A stretch of DNA of 64,000 bases from a virus (lineage: Duplodnaviria; Heunggongvirae; Uroviricota; Caudoviricetes), in the IMG/VR virus record IMGVR_UViG_3300005512_005684, positions 39,003 through 103,002 of that record; one strand, written 5' to 3'. Under the pieces are notes generated by a model, which saw only the letters and a program-made list of their open reading frames with translations, had not been told where the DNA came from and ran no database searches. Shown piece by piece: positions 1 through 8,280 of this stretch (positions are counted from its first letter, which is position 1; each line of letters begins with the position of its first letter). The translations under genes were made by a program, and so were the position numbers.

Positions 1-47
1 AGATTGGAACCAAGGAATGGACAATACTTCGAGAGAGTGTGGTCGTC

Positions 48-707
48 ATGAAAACCTACTGGGAAATACAAGGCCCCAGCAAAGCCCCGCGCCAACCGTG
101 TATCGCCTTCCACAAATACGACGGCAGTAACCTGCGCTTCGAGTGGACAAAGAAACAGGGGTGGTGGAAGTTCGGGACCCGTCACCGTCTCTTCGACCAT
201 ACCGATACGGAGTTCGGGGAAGCCATCCAGACCTTCCAACAGACTCTCTCCGAAGGTATCCTGGAAGTGTTGTGGGACAACAAGCAATACCGCGGCGTGA
301 CCAAGGCAATCGTGTACTGTGAATTCGTCGGCTCCAATAGCTTCGCCGGACTACACGACTTCACCGAGCCGCACGAACTTGTTCTCTTCGATGTCAACGT
401 GCACAAGAAAGGCTTCGTACTCCCCAAAGACTTCGTAGACCACTTCGGACACCTGCGTACGGCAGAGGTGGTCTATCAGGGAAACTTCAATGATCAATTC
501 ATTCAGGACGTTATACAGGGGAAGTATCCCGTGGGGGAAGGCGTAGTAGCCAAAGGAGTGAAGCCCGGTAAAGGCGTGCACGGCCTCTGGATGGCTAAGG
601 TAAAGACGAGAGCGTGGTTCGAGAGAATCAAGGAACGTGCGGAGTACAGTGAGACGTTGAAGAAAGTCCTCGCCGATAACCTCAGAGAACAGGAGCTACC
701 ACAATGA
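48..707 (+). CDS. RNA ligase-like nucleotidyltransferase (Rnl2/ATP-dependent ligase superfamily)
   Basis: Motif I KYDGSN; later CEFVG, VLFDV and EGVVAK...KVKT resemble ligase motifs III-V. ATG at 48 preferred over GTG at 39. Confidence 0.7.
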   Translation: MKTYWEIQGPSKAPRQPCIAFHKYDGSNLRFEWTKKQGWWKFGTRHRLFDHTDTEFGEAIQTFQQTLSEGILEVLWDNKQYRGVTKAIVYCEFVGSNSFAGLHDFTEPHELVLFDVNVHKKGFVLPKDFVDHFGHLRTAEVVYQGNFNDQFIQDVIQGKYPVGEGVVAKGVKPGKGVHGLWMAKVKTRAWFERIKERAEYSETLKKVLADNLREQELPQ

Positions 708-889
708 GTAAAGAACGAGACCGAGAGGAAAGGCTGGCAAGGATAGAAAAAGAAAAGGCAGAGGAAAGTGTCGGTGGAAGCCAGAAACCAAAGTGGGATA
801 ACGACGACCGCCCGTTGAACTTCGGCAGCGTCAAGGAAGACAAACCCAAAGACGAACAGCCGTGGGATAATGACGTGAGACCGATCTGA
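704..889 (+). CDS. small charged hypothetical protein
   Basis: ATGA overlap with the upstream gene; part of the co-oriented tiling. Confidence 0.6.
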   Translation: MSKERDREERLARIEKEKAEESVGGSQKPKWDNDDRPLNFGSVKEDKPKDEQPWDNDVRPI

Positions 890-901
890 CAGAGGAAACC
901 A

Positions 902-1162
902 ATGCCTGAACCAAACCCATTGACAAAGCTCGTCGTCAATGTCCGAAACGTCCTTGCTGAAATGGGCAAAGAGTTCACCATTCAAGAGGTGGAAGACTGC
1001 TTCGAGGGATTCTGTGAAGAAACGGCTAGAGTACTAGACGGACAAAAAGACCCACTGGACGTTGGTCTCTGGATGTTCCACAAAGACAATCAAAACGCAC
1101 ATGAACAAGCGTGTATGTTCGCCGCCTATTGCGTGGTAAAAAGAAGATCAGGGGAAGTGTAG
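902..1162 (+). CDS. hypothetical protein
   Basis: GAGGA RBS; tiles between neighbours. Confidence 0.6.
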   Translation: MPEPNPLTKLVVNVRNVLAEMGKEFTIQEVEDCFEGFCEETARVLDGQKDPLDVGLWMFHKDNQNAHEQACMFAAYCVVKRRSGEV

Positions 1163-1163
1163 A

Positions 1164-1460
1164 GTGAAGTACCGCCTGGACTTTTCCAGACTACCAAGAG
1201 ACCCAGACGAAATCCTGGAAGAGGCTGAAGTGAGGACAAATGTAGAGAGCCTTCACGGCCCCGAAAACGATCTTACTCACCTGAAGAAAACCCTACACGA
1301 CTTCATGACCCCACAAACGCCAGGCCATATCCTGGACACCTTGATTATCTTCGACGACCCGGAGCAGAACATAGAGACAATGATGGAAAGACACGTGTTG
1401 CCAACGTTCCCAGAGGCCAAGGGACATACACTTAATGTGATACAGGAGGAAATAGTATGA
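1164..1460 (+). CDS. hypothetical protein
   Basis: Starts 1 nt after the previous stop; overlaps the next start. Confidence 0.6.
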   Translation: MKYRLDFSRLPRDPDEILEEAEVRTNVESLHGPENDLTHLKKTLHDFMTPQTPGHILDTLIIFDDPEQNIETMMERHVLPTFPEAKGHTLNVIQEEIV

Positions 1461-1702
1461 AGGTGATTCAGGAAGGTGAAGCAAAACAAGTACGATGCGA
1501 ACACTGCAAAGCCTTGCTTGAGTTCGAGCCGAACGATGTACAACTCATTAACACCGCAGTCGGATACGCCGGTGAAACCTTCGAGCCGGAGTTCGTAGTA
1601 GATTGCGGAAGTTGTGGGGAGAATGTCAATGTGAGTGAAGTGATCGGTAGTAAGTTCAAGAGCAGACTCATTGGCGAATACAGGGCGAGGGTGAAGGTGT
1701 GA
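1457..1702 (+). CDS. Zn-ribbon protein
   Basis: CEHC...CGSC pairs; ATGA overlap. Confidence 0.6.
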   Translation: MKVIQEGEAKQVRCEHCKALLEFEPNDVQLINTAVGYAGETFEPEFVVDCGSCGENVNVSEVIGSKFKSRLIGEYRARVKV

Positions 1703-1732
1703 GTCAACAACCCGAAACAATAAGGAGAGACC

Positions 1733-2002
1733 ATGAAGACGACCTTTGACGAAGGCAAACGACAAAAGGGCGGGGTGAATCTCAGACCCAAAACACCTCG
1801 ACCATTGCCACCGTCAGCAGCAAAACCGCGAGGGAGAGAGACTACTGCTCAACACACCTTTACCATCCAGATTGGGGACAAGCCTGGTTGGGACAAGCCG
1901 GTACTGAACGTAATGCGCGATGACGGAACTTCGGTTGCGGTTAGCCTGTTGCGCCGAGAGGCCAACGAACTGAAGGAGCTTGGGGTTGGTGTAGAGGGGT
2001 AA
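1733..2002 (+). CDS. hypothetical protein
   Basis: AAGGAG RBS; tiling. Confidence 0.55.
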   Translation: MKTTFDEGKRQKGGVNLRPKTPRPLPPSAAKPRGRETTAQHTFTIQIGDKPGWDKPVLNVMRDDGTSVAVSLLRREANELKELGVGVEG

Positions 2003-2008
2003 TACAGG

Positions 2009-2236
2009 GTGAAAAACTCCCGTGAACTTAACCTGCAAAAGAAACGACTCAAATGCCTCAAGTGCGGAAGGGAGTTCGAGACAACGAGGTGCGCGAGAAC
2101 ATGTCGCCGGTGTGTCAAAAATGATAATAGGAAACCGGCATACGGGATTATGCTGGAACGAAGAGTGCCACTGCAACCCGTGGGAAGAAAATACTGGATA
2201 CATAGAGACAAACGAAGGGCAATGATCGAGGAGTGA
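2009..2236 (+). CDS. Zn-finger protein (paralog of 2759-3016)
   Basis: KKRLKCLKCGREFETTRCARTCRRC matches KKRLPCLKCSTKFLTTRGVRTCPKC. Confidence 0.6.
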   Translation: MKNSRELNLQKKRLKCLKCGREFETTRCARTCRRCVKNDNRKPAYGIMLERRVPLQPVGRKYWIHRDKRRAMIEE

Positions 2237-2240
2237 AGAC

Positions 2241-2498
2241 GTGAGCCAACAACCTGAAACCTTCGAGTACTGTAATTGCTACGGGAAAACCGAAGACCTA
2301 CCCGTTAGTCCCAAGTGCCCTGGAGATTGTGGAAGGAATTGCAGACTCTACAGAGATACTGACATCATTCACTTCAGAGGCGGACACTGGCACGCAAGCT
2401 GTGCGTTGAAAGTCGTACTACGAGAGGTTGCACAACTCAAGAGAGAGAAAGCACTGACCCGACAAAGAATCAAGTACCCACGGGGAGGAAGCAGATGA
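2241..2498 (+). CDS. Cys/His-rich hypothetical protein
   Basis: Tiling; ATGA overlap with the next gene. Confidence 0.5.
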   Translation: MSQQPETFEYCNCYGKTEDLPVSPKCPGDCGRNCRLYRDTDIIHFRGGHWHASCALKVVLREVAQLKREKALTRQRIKYPRGGSR

Positions 2499-2686
2499 AG
2501 ACGGGGCCAATACATGACATCGAAGTAGCGTTCTTTGGAAAGACGAAACCAAACGTCGGTGAAAAAATCGAGTTCATGGGATTTACACTGGAACGAACCG
2601 GTGGATTCTTTTCCGGTGACGGTGTGAAAGTCGTGGGCTTTCCTGACTGGGTAAAGGAAGAGGAAAGTGTTCGCAGAGCAGCATAG
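2495..2686 (+). CDS. hypothetical protein
   Basis: GGAGG RBS; ATGA overlap. Confidence 0.55.
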   Translation: MKTGPIHDIEVAFFGKTKPNVGEKIEFMGFTLERTGGFFSGDGVKVVGFPDWVKEEESVRRAA

Positions 2687-2758
2687 CCAAGACTCAATCA
2701 TGTACAGCATGATTCAAATATACTGCCAAGATAATGTGCCACCAGTGGAAGAGATCGA

Positions 2759-3016
2759 ATGACTAGCGCCCATAAGCTCAATCGGGTGAAGAAACGATTG
2801 CCGTGCCTGAAGTGCAGTACGAAGTTCCTCACAACGAGGGGTGTGAGAACGTGTCCCAAATGTACTCAACGGAGGGAAAAGAGCGGGAAGTTGGGTGTAG
2901 CCTTCGATAAAGTCGTGCCAGTTCACGCCGCTCCGCACCGGGCTAAAGGACATGTGCATACACACCGGAGGATGTCAATGGCTGAGGAATTTAGTTACAG
3001 GAGATACGTTTGTTGA
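2759..3016 (+). CDS. Zn-finger protein (paralog of 2009-2236)
   Basis: Shared KKRL-CxxC-x-F-TTR-x-RT-CxxC motif. Confidence 0.6.
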   Translation: MTSAHKLNRVKKRLPCLKCSTKFLTTRGVRTCPKCTQRREKSGKLGVAFDKVVPVHAAPHRAKGHVHTHRRMSMAEEFSYRRYVC

Positions 3017-3615
3017 AACGCCTCAAAGGTAAGCCACCACCTATCGACGTGCCCTATGACCAAAACCCAAAAGGGAAACCGTGGCTAACTAAGCCGAGGA
3101 ACGCCCGCCCTTTCTTCAACACTATCGACCCCTACGTCAAAGCAAAGAGACCACTAACACTACTCGACGTAGGAAGCGGACCAGGGCACTCCGCAAATAT
3201 CTTCAAACAACGTTACCCGCCAATTACTCACGTCCATTGCGTAGAGCTAAGACCACGCGCAGTTAAACTCGGAAGACAACTCTTCCCTGACTTCACCTTC
3301 ACCTGCGCCGACATCTACGACGAACAATTCAAACAACAAGCAGACCTTGTGATATGCCTACAGGTAATAGAGCACGTAGAGAACCCATACCTCGCCGTCG
3401 CTAGACTCAGACAATTCACGAAACCAAACGGCCTAATTATCGTCTCCGTCCCACTCAATAACCGGGTACGATCACCAGGTCACCTATGGCAATTCAGTAG
3501 AAAAGACCTCGCCATATTACTCGGCGATAACTCATACTCAAAAGCATTCCAAAAATGTCGCGGTCTCGCTATCCTTCAACAGGGACAGCCGGGCAACCCC
3601 GTGACTCTCACCTAG
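3010..3615 (+). CDS. class I SAM-dependent methyltransferase
   Basis: LLDVGSGPG SAM motif, VHCVE, ADIYD, DLVICLQVIEHV, LRQFTKPNGLIIVSVP and HLWQF. Confidence 0.85.
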   Translation: MLKRLKGKPPPIDVPYDQNPKGKPWLTKPRNARPFFNTIDPYVKAKRPLTLLDVGSGPGHSANIFKQRYPPITHVHCVELRPRAVKLGRQLFPDFTFTCADIYDEQFKQQADLVICLQVIEHVENPYLAVARLRQFTKPNGLIIVSVPLNNRVRSPGHLWQFSRKDLAILLGDNSYSKAFQKCRGLAILQQGQPGNPVTLT

Positions 3616-4040
3616 CAGGCGCAACAAAAATCCCCCAAGCATAGAACAAAGAGAAAAAGGGAAAAGGTCGGTGGGGGTCTCCGCGCGCCAAGGAACACAT
3701 ACAAGAACAGACAACAGAACTACACTCGACAAAGAGTGCGTGGTGAGTACTGCGCCTCTTTAGCCTAGAGGGCCTTTACTGGGCATATACGCCCTTAGAG
3801 CCTTTAATGGACTATAATGAAAATCTTTGTGTCTAGGAGTGTGTGGCAGGATCCGAAGGGCATTGAAAATTAAGTGTGTGTATTTGTGAAATGGTGAATT
3901 GTAAAGGGTGAATAGTAGGTGGTGTGTGGGAGGTACATGGAGCGAGCCGCTACGCTTTTCTATTTTTCCGGCCGCGCCGCGGCGATCCGACCGGCGTGCC
4001 CGGCTGCGCCGGTGCGTCGCGCCGACGAGGTACCGCGAAA

Positions 4041-4094
4041 TAGTAATTAGTATTAAACAATTCGACACTATGTATTATTCAATACTAATTACTA
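4041..4094. repeat. perfect 14-bp AT-rich inverted repeat (possible origin or operator)
   Basis: TAGTAATTAGTATT (4041-4054) and AATACTAATTACTA (4081-4094) with a 26-nt spacer, directly after a GC-rich patch. Confidence 0.7.
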
Positions 4095-4376
4095 ATTGGT
4101 CGATCCATCTATACAGTGATTAGTGTGGCGGGTGTGTGCCTGATCGTTTTCCACATTCTGCGAGTTGTGAATGTGTGAAACTAAAGAGGGGGATCGTAGG
4201 GTGTGGTGGTGATCCTTACTGACCAGGCGTCGCGTGTATAGTAGGTGGTAGAGCAGGCGGCTTCCTAAGCGACAGATAGGTGAGTGTGACCTCGGAGTCG
4301 AGCAAGGTATCGAATGCCTTGTGACGGCCTTGTGGGGAGCGTCTGGCCCTATGGTTTCATACTTCGTTTATAGAGT

Positions 4377-4428
4377 GGGGAAGTGTAGAGTGTTGAAGGT
4401 GTGAGGTCTTTACAGGGGAGAAATAGTC
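4377..4428 (+). promoter_or_regulatory. conserved upstream motif GGGGAAG(T/A)GTAGAGTG(T/G)TGAA followed by CTTTACAGGGGAGAAATAG
   Basis: The first part recurs at 6498-6518 and 8438-8458, and its 16-nt core at 1151-1166. The second part precedes all 10 genes in 4429-8158. Confidence 0.55.
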
Positions 4429-4743
4429 ATGGCCAATAGGAAAGAACTACAAGCGTTTGAACGTAGGGCGAGAGATAAGGACAAAGATTGGTCTGAGATC
4501 GATTGGGGGACGGACGAAGAACAAAAGGAGCAAGAGGGACGTGGGAAGCAGGCACGCAGGTGGATACGAACAGTGACGAAGAAACTGAAGTTGAGTAAAG
4601 AACCTGACGTGTGGCGGTTTGATCCTGACTGGAGTTCGCTATCAATAGACGGTCAAGAAACGTTGTCGGTGGATGCGTTGAAATCCGCTGGTGCCACGTC
4701 TGTTGAGGTCACTCGTGCAGGTGTGTCAATTGAGTTTAAGTAA
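4429..4743 (+). CDS. putative internal virion protein with MANRKELQAFE leader
   Basis: Shared leader and shared upstream motif. Confidence 0.6.
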   Translation: MANRKELQAFERRARDKDKDWSEIDWGTDEEQKEQEGRGKQARRWIRTVTKKLKLSKEPDVWRFDPDWSSLSIDGQETLSVDALKSAGATSVEVTRAGVSIEFK

Positions 4744-4765
4744 TCCTTTACAGGGGAAATGGGTC

Positions 4766-5056
4766 ATGGCTAATCCGAAGGAACTCGAATCGTTTGACCG
4801 CCAGGCTTCCAAACCAAAAGCGCCGCCTCTTACGGATAAGAAAAAGCCCTGGGGTGTCATTGCGTTCATTCACAAAGACGGCACGGAGCACAAGTTCTAT
4901 TCAGTGGTGAATGAAATGTCGGGAAGTCGTCTCAGTGGTTTTGACACCTCTGCTCCGCATGTAGGAGATATGCCGTGGGTTAAGTCGGTGTTCAAAGACA
5001 TTCGTAGGAAGGCGAAAAAGGTACTGGGTTATTCTGGAACGAAGCATTTCAAATAG
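4766..5056 (+). CDS. putative internal virion protein with MANPKELESFD leader
   Basis: Start reassigned to ATG 4766, which follows CTTTACAGGGGAAATGGGTC. Confidence 0.6.
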   Translation: MANPKELESFDRQASKPKAPPLTDKKKPWGVIAFIHKDGTEHKFYSVVNEMSGSRLSGFDTSAPHVGDMPWVKSVFKDIRRKAKKVLGYSGTKHFK

Positions 5057-5077
5057 GTCTTTACAGGGGAAATAGTC

Positions 5078-5368
5078 ATGGCTAAGTCAGTAGTGGCGTT
5101 CCATCGTGCTCGTAAGGCCGACCTGGGAATGAGTGTTCAAGAGTATCGGTTGCTCCGTAGTCAATTGTCGTCTGCTGACCTTGGAGTATTGAACCAAGCA
5201 CGTACGTCTCTGGAGAAAGCGTCAGGTGTTGTTCGTGGTGCGATTAAGGGTATCCAAGATGGTCTGGATCGAAAGACCGTACGTCAATTGTTAAGAGACC
5301 TCGGTGGAGCGTACATGTTGCTGCGTCAGTTAGAGGACGAGTCTCGCTTCAAGGCGTGGAATGGTTAA
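5078..5368 (+). CDS. cassette protein with variant leader MAKSVVAFHRAR
   Basis: Upstream motif present; leader resembles MAKSIVAYHRGR at 63089. Confidence 0.6.
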   Translation: MAKSVVAFHRARKADLGMSVQEYRLLRSQLSSADLGVLNQARTSLEKASGVVRGAIKGIQDGLDRKTVRQLLRDLGGAYMLLRQLEDESRFKAWNG

Positions 5369-5383
5369 TACAGGAGAAATAGT

Positions 5384-5617
5384 ATGTTGAGTTGTGGTGA
5401 GCTTCAGCAATTCGAGCGGAAGATTGTCAGTAGTGCGCGGAAGAAAGACATAGAGCACCGTGCCAGGTTTGCGATAGAGAGCACGAACCCAGGGGTGAAG
5501 GCTGCTGGCGAAGCAGTGTTGTATATGCTGACGAGTGGTGTGGCCCCGAGGAAGATTATCCGCAATCAGAACTACACGGTGTGTGTGCGATACTGGGACC
5601 GTGGCCGTTGGGAATAG
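5384..5617 (+). CDS. cassette protein with degenerate leader MLSCGELQQFERK
   Basis: ELQxFE leader; ACAGGAGAAATAGT upstream. Confidence 0.55.
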   Translation: MLSCGELQQFERKIVSSARKKDIEHRARFAIESTNPGVKAAGEAVLYMLTSGVAPRKIIRNQNYTVCVRYWDRGRWE

Positions 5618-5730
5618 CCGCCCGAGAAACGGGGAATTATCGAGGTCTATTGTGAGTCGCCAAAAGCTGAAAGTGCCGTATATAGCATCCACGAGCCGCC
5701 TAGAGGCTGAATTCGATTCTCGGCAAAACG

Positions 5731-6040
5731 CCGTTTTGCCGTCACCTTTCTTCATTCACCCTCGTTATTCAAGCTAGTTAGTATGACAGGGATTATGCTT
5801 TTGGTCAATCGTGCGAGTGTGCCTGGGAATAGCGACGGCTATTGTTCGGATGTCACTCCGGCTGAAAGTGGCGTATTCGGGCGTTTCATAGCGTCTAAAT
5901 GCAGTCTAGTAAATAGGCGTGTTGTGACAGGGAGGAACACAAGGGCGTGCGGGTGTGAAGTGTCGAGCAGGTGTAGCGGGTTATGTTTATAAGCATACGG
6001 CGAAATGAGGGGGAAGAGAGGAAAGGTGACGGCAAAACGG
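5731..6040. repeat. perfect 20-bp inverted repeat enclosing 270 nt
   Basis: CCGTTTTGCCGTCACCTTTC (5731-5750) and GAAAGGTGACGGCAAAACGG (6021-6040). Confidence 0.75.
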
Positions 6041-6181
6041 CCTGCGCCGCTTTGCCGCAAACTGCCGTAGAACGCAACGAGACGCCGCCTAGATGGTATC
6101 TAGCGTTCTTGATGCCGGACGAAGACCTCGAAATTCTCCGTTTTGTTGAAACTTAATTCTTTACAGGGGAGGAAATAGATC

Positions 6182-6430
6182 ATGGCTAATCCGAAGGAAC
6201 TGAAATCGTTTGAGCTACGTGTAGCTCGTGCCATGAGTGTCAGTCAGCTTGCGTCGAAACTACATGAAGAACCTGACGAAGCTCCGAAGTATGGTATGTT
6301 TGAGAGTGAGGTCAGAGGTCTTAGTGTCCGTGAGATCGAAGAGTTAATAGACACGTATGTTGACGCGGCTTCGCAGGCTCCATTCATGACTAGCCACGGG
6401 CGACTGCTCTATAAGGCTCTTGGGTATTGA
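6182..6430 (+). CDS. putative internal virion protein with MANPKELKSFELRVA leader
   Basis: First 45 nt identical to the gene at 7045. Confidence 0.65.
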   Translation: MANPKELKSFELRVARAMSVSQLASKLHEEPDEAPKYGMFESEVRGLSVREIEELIDTYVDAASQAPFMTSHGRLLYKALGY

Positions 6431-6538
6431 CAGTGGAGCGAATAGACGAAGCGTGTGAGTGTGTTCAGCCGGACGTTTATTGATCTTTTTGTGTGGTGGG
6501 GAAGAGTAGAGTGTTGAAGTCTTTACAGTGGAATAAAC

Positions 6539-7030
6539 ATGAGTGGTAAACGTGTAGTAGTTAATCAAGGGAAGGGTCGTGAGCCGATGGAGCTTGAGTT
6601 GGTTGGTGTGACTACGCGTGAAGAGTTGTTCCCGCAGAAACGCGTAGCAGCAATCGCGAAGCGTGTTGTGGCCTCCCAGGACGTGGACTACAAGCCTTTG
6701 CTCAAGGAAGCGAAGGCAAAGGTACTCCAGAGTATCAAAGCCCTTCTGGGGAAGCCTACGCGTGGCGGTAAGCTCAAGAAAAAAGACATAGCACTTATTG
6801 GCAATCATGCCCAGTTCATTCGCGCCTTGGAGACGGATAAGAAACTCGCTCAGGATTACTTCAACAGTCAGGAAGGGACTTACTCGGTAATGTCCAGGCA
6901 TGACGTGCGTCAGCAATCCACCGGCAATAGCAAACTCGACGACCTCGGTGAGTATGGCTTGTGGCGTGCTACGAAGGGGAAGGTTGAAGAGGTGAAGCGT
7001 GTCCTCGGCGAACATGGACTTCAGATATAA
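6539..7030 (+). CDS. cassette protein with internal RVAAIAKRVVA motif
   Basis: Both upstream motifs present; 163 aa. Confidence 0.6.
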   Translation: MSGKRVVVNQGKGREPMELELVGVTTREELFPQKRVAAIAKRVVASQDVDYKPLLKEAKAKVLQSIKALLGKPTRGGKLKKKDIALIGNHAQFIRALETDKKLAQDYFNSQEGTYSVMSRHDVRQQSTGNSKLDDLGEYGLWRATKGKVEEVKRVLGEHGLQI

Positions 7031-7044
7031 CAGGAGAAATAGTT

Positions 7045-7446
7045 ATGGCTAATCCGAAGGAACTGAAATCGTTTGAGCTACGTGTAGCTGCGAAAGACAA
7101 GACCTACGTCGAAGGCCAAGAGAGCGTGTGGCTCAAGTCCGTCCTCGCTCAGCTACGTACCTTCCCGAGTTACGAGTTCACGTCTAACGAAGCGGCGCAA
7201 CGTGGTGACAGTAATCTGGTGTTGTCTTTCAAGGATGGTGATCGCAGTGGGTCGATAAACCTGGTGCTACGTGAAGGTAAGTACGAACTCGTGGTGAAAC
7301 TGTACTCGGGAGGCTCCGGCAAGAAAACAGTGAAGGGAAGTATTGGTGGTGGCAAGCTCAAAGGGTCTTCGGAAATGATGGCGAACAAGGTCGAGAGTGT
7401 TGTGAGTAACATCATTCTGAAGGCTGTTGGATATGCAAACTACTAG
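7045..7446 (+). CDS. putative internal virion protein with MANPKELKSFELRVA leader
   Basis: Leader identical to 6182; bodies unrelated. Confidence 0.65.
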   Translation: MANPKELKSFELRVAAKDKTYVEGQESVWLKSVLAQLRTFPSYEFTSNEAAQRGDSNLVLSFKDGDRSGSINLVLREGKYELVVKLYSGGSGKKTVKGSIGGGKLKGSSEMMANKVESVVSNIILKAVGYANY

Positions 7447-7470
7447 GGCAGTCTTTACAGGAGAAATAGT

Positions 7471-7725
7471 ATGGCCAAAGCAAGTGAACTCCAGACGTTT
7501 GAGCACAAGGTTGCGAACAAAGGCACTGCGGGCCTTATGGCTGCGGCGAAGAAAACGTTCCGGCAATGGATGACGACGAAGTACAAAAAGGTAGGTGACG
7601 AGGTTCATGTTACCGTTCCGTTTGACCTCGCCGAGTTCAATACTTCAAAGCTCGACACCAATACGGAAGAGGTTGACTGTACCTACGACGTGAAGGGCAA
7701 GCACAAGATCGTTTTTCATTATTGA
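7471..7725 (+). CDS. putative internal virion protein with MAKASELQTFEHKVA leader
   Basis: Leader and upstream motif. Confidence 0.6.
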   Translation: MAKASELQTFEHKVANKGTAGLMAAAKKTFRQWMTTKYKKVGDEVHVTVPFDLAEFNTSKLDTNTEEVDCTYDVKGKHKIVFHY

Positions 7726-7741
7726 CAGGGGAGAAATAGCA

Positions 7742-7951
7742 ATGGCTAATCTGAAGGAACTCCAAGCGTTTGAACGACAGGCTGCAAGCAACGCCGGCAC
7801 CGGTATCAAAAAAGCTGCGGAAGAACTGGAGCAGGCGCTCAGTAAAGACAACAAAGACGAAGCGTTGAAACTGGTCGAAGAGATCAGAGACCGGTGTCAG
7901 CGTATCGAAGATCACTATGCCCGTATGAAGGGCAAGAGACTTTCTAGGTGA
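7742..7951 (+). CDS. putative internal virion protein with MANLKELQAFERQAA leader
   Basis: Leader and upstream motif; helical body. Confidence 0.6.
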   Translation: MANLKELQAFERQAASNAGTGIKKAAEELEQALSKDNKDEALKLVEEIRDRCQRIEDHYARMKGKRLSR

Positions 7952-7975
7952 ACACTTTACAGGGGAGAAATAGCA

Positions 7976-8158
7976 ATGGCACGTATAGGGAAAAGTAGAG
8001 TGGTGGAAGTCGAGTCTGAAGACGGTGACCTAGCCGTAGAGACTAGCCGGTCGAGTGTAAGTCAGAGTGACCTACGTGTGTTGTTGAAGGGCGATCTGAA
8101 TAACGTGTCGTTTACTACGAAGGGCCTTGTCCTTTGGTTCAAGGGTAAACCACAGTAG
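7976..8158 (+). CDS. small cassette protein without the leader
   Basis: CTTTACAGGGGAGAAATAGCA upstream. Confidence 0.55.
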   Translation: MARIGKSRVVEVESEDGDLAVETSRSSVSQSDLRVLLKGDLNNVSFTTKGLVLWFKGKPQ

Positions 8159-8175
8159 AGATTCCCCAAGCGCCA

Positions 8176-8280
8176 GTCCTACAGGGACGTGTCCCCCAGG
8201 CACATTCGACCTCGTAGGACTAACGGCCCCCAGCCAGCGAGCCGACGTAAGCCAATAATGACGGCCTACACGTCGGCTCG
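8176..8280 (+). other. intergenic double stem-loop (candidate structured RNA or DNA cruciform)
   Basis: GTCCTAC/GTAGGAC stem (8176-8220) and CGAGCCGACGT/ACGTCGGCTCG stem (8238-8280). Confidence 0.4.

Noticed and set aside
5783-5992. 69-aa ORF inside the 20-bp inverted repeat
   Set aside because: No RBS or cassette motif, and atypical Cys/Ser-rich composition; probably not a gene.
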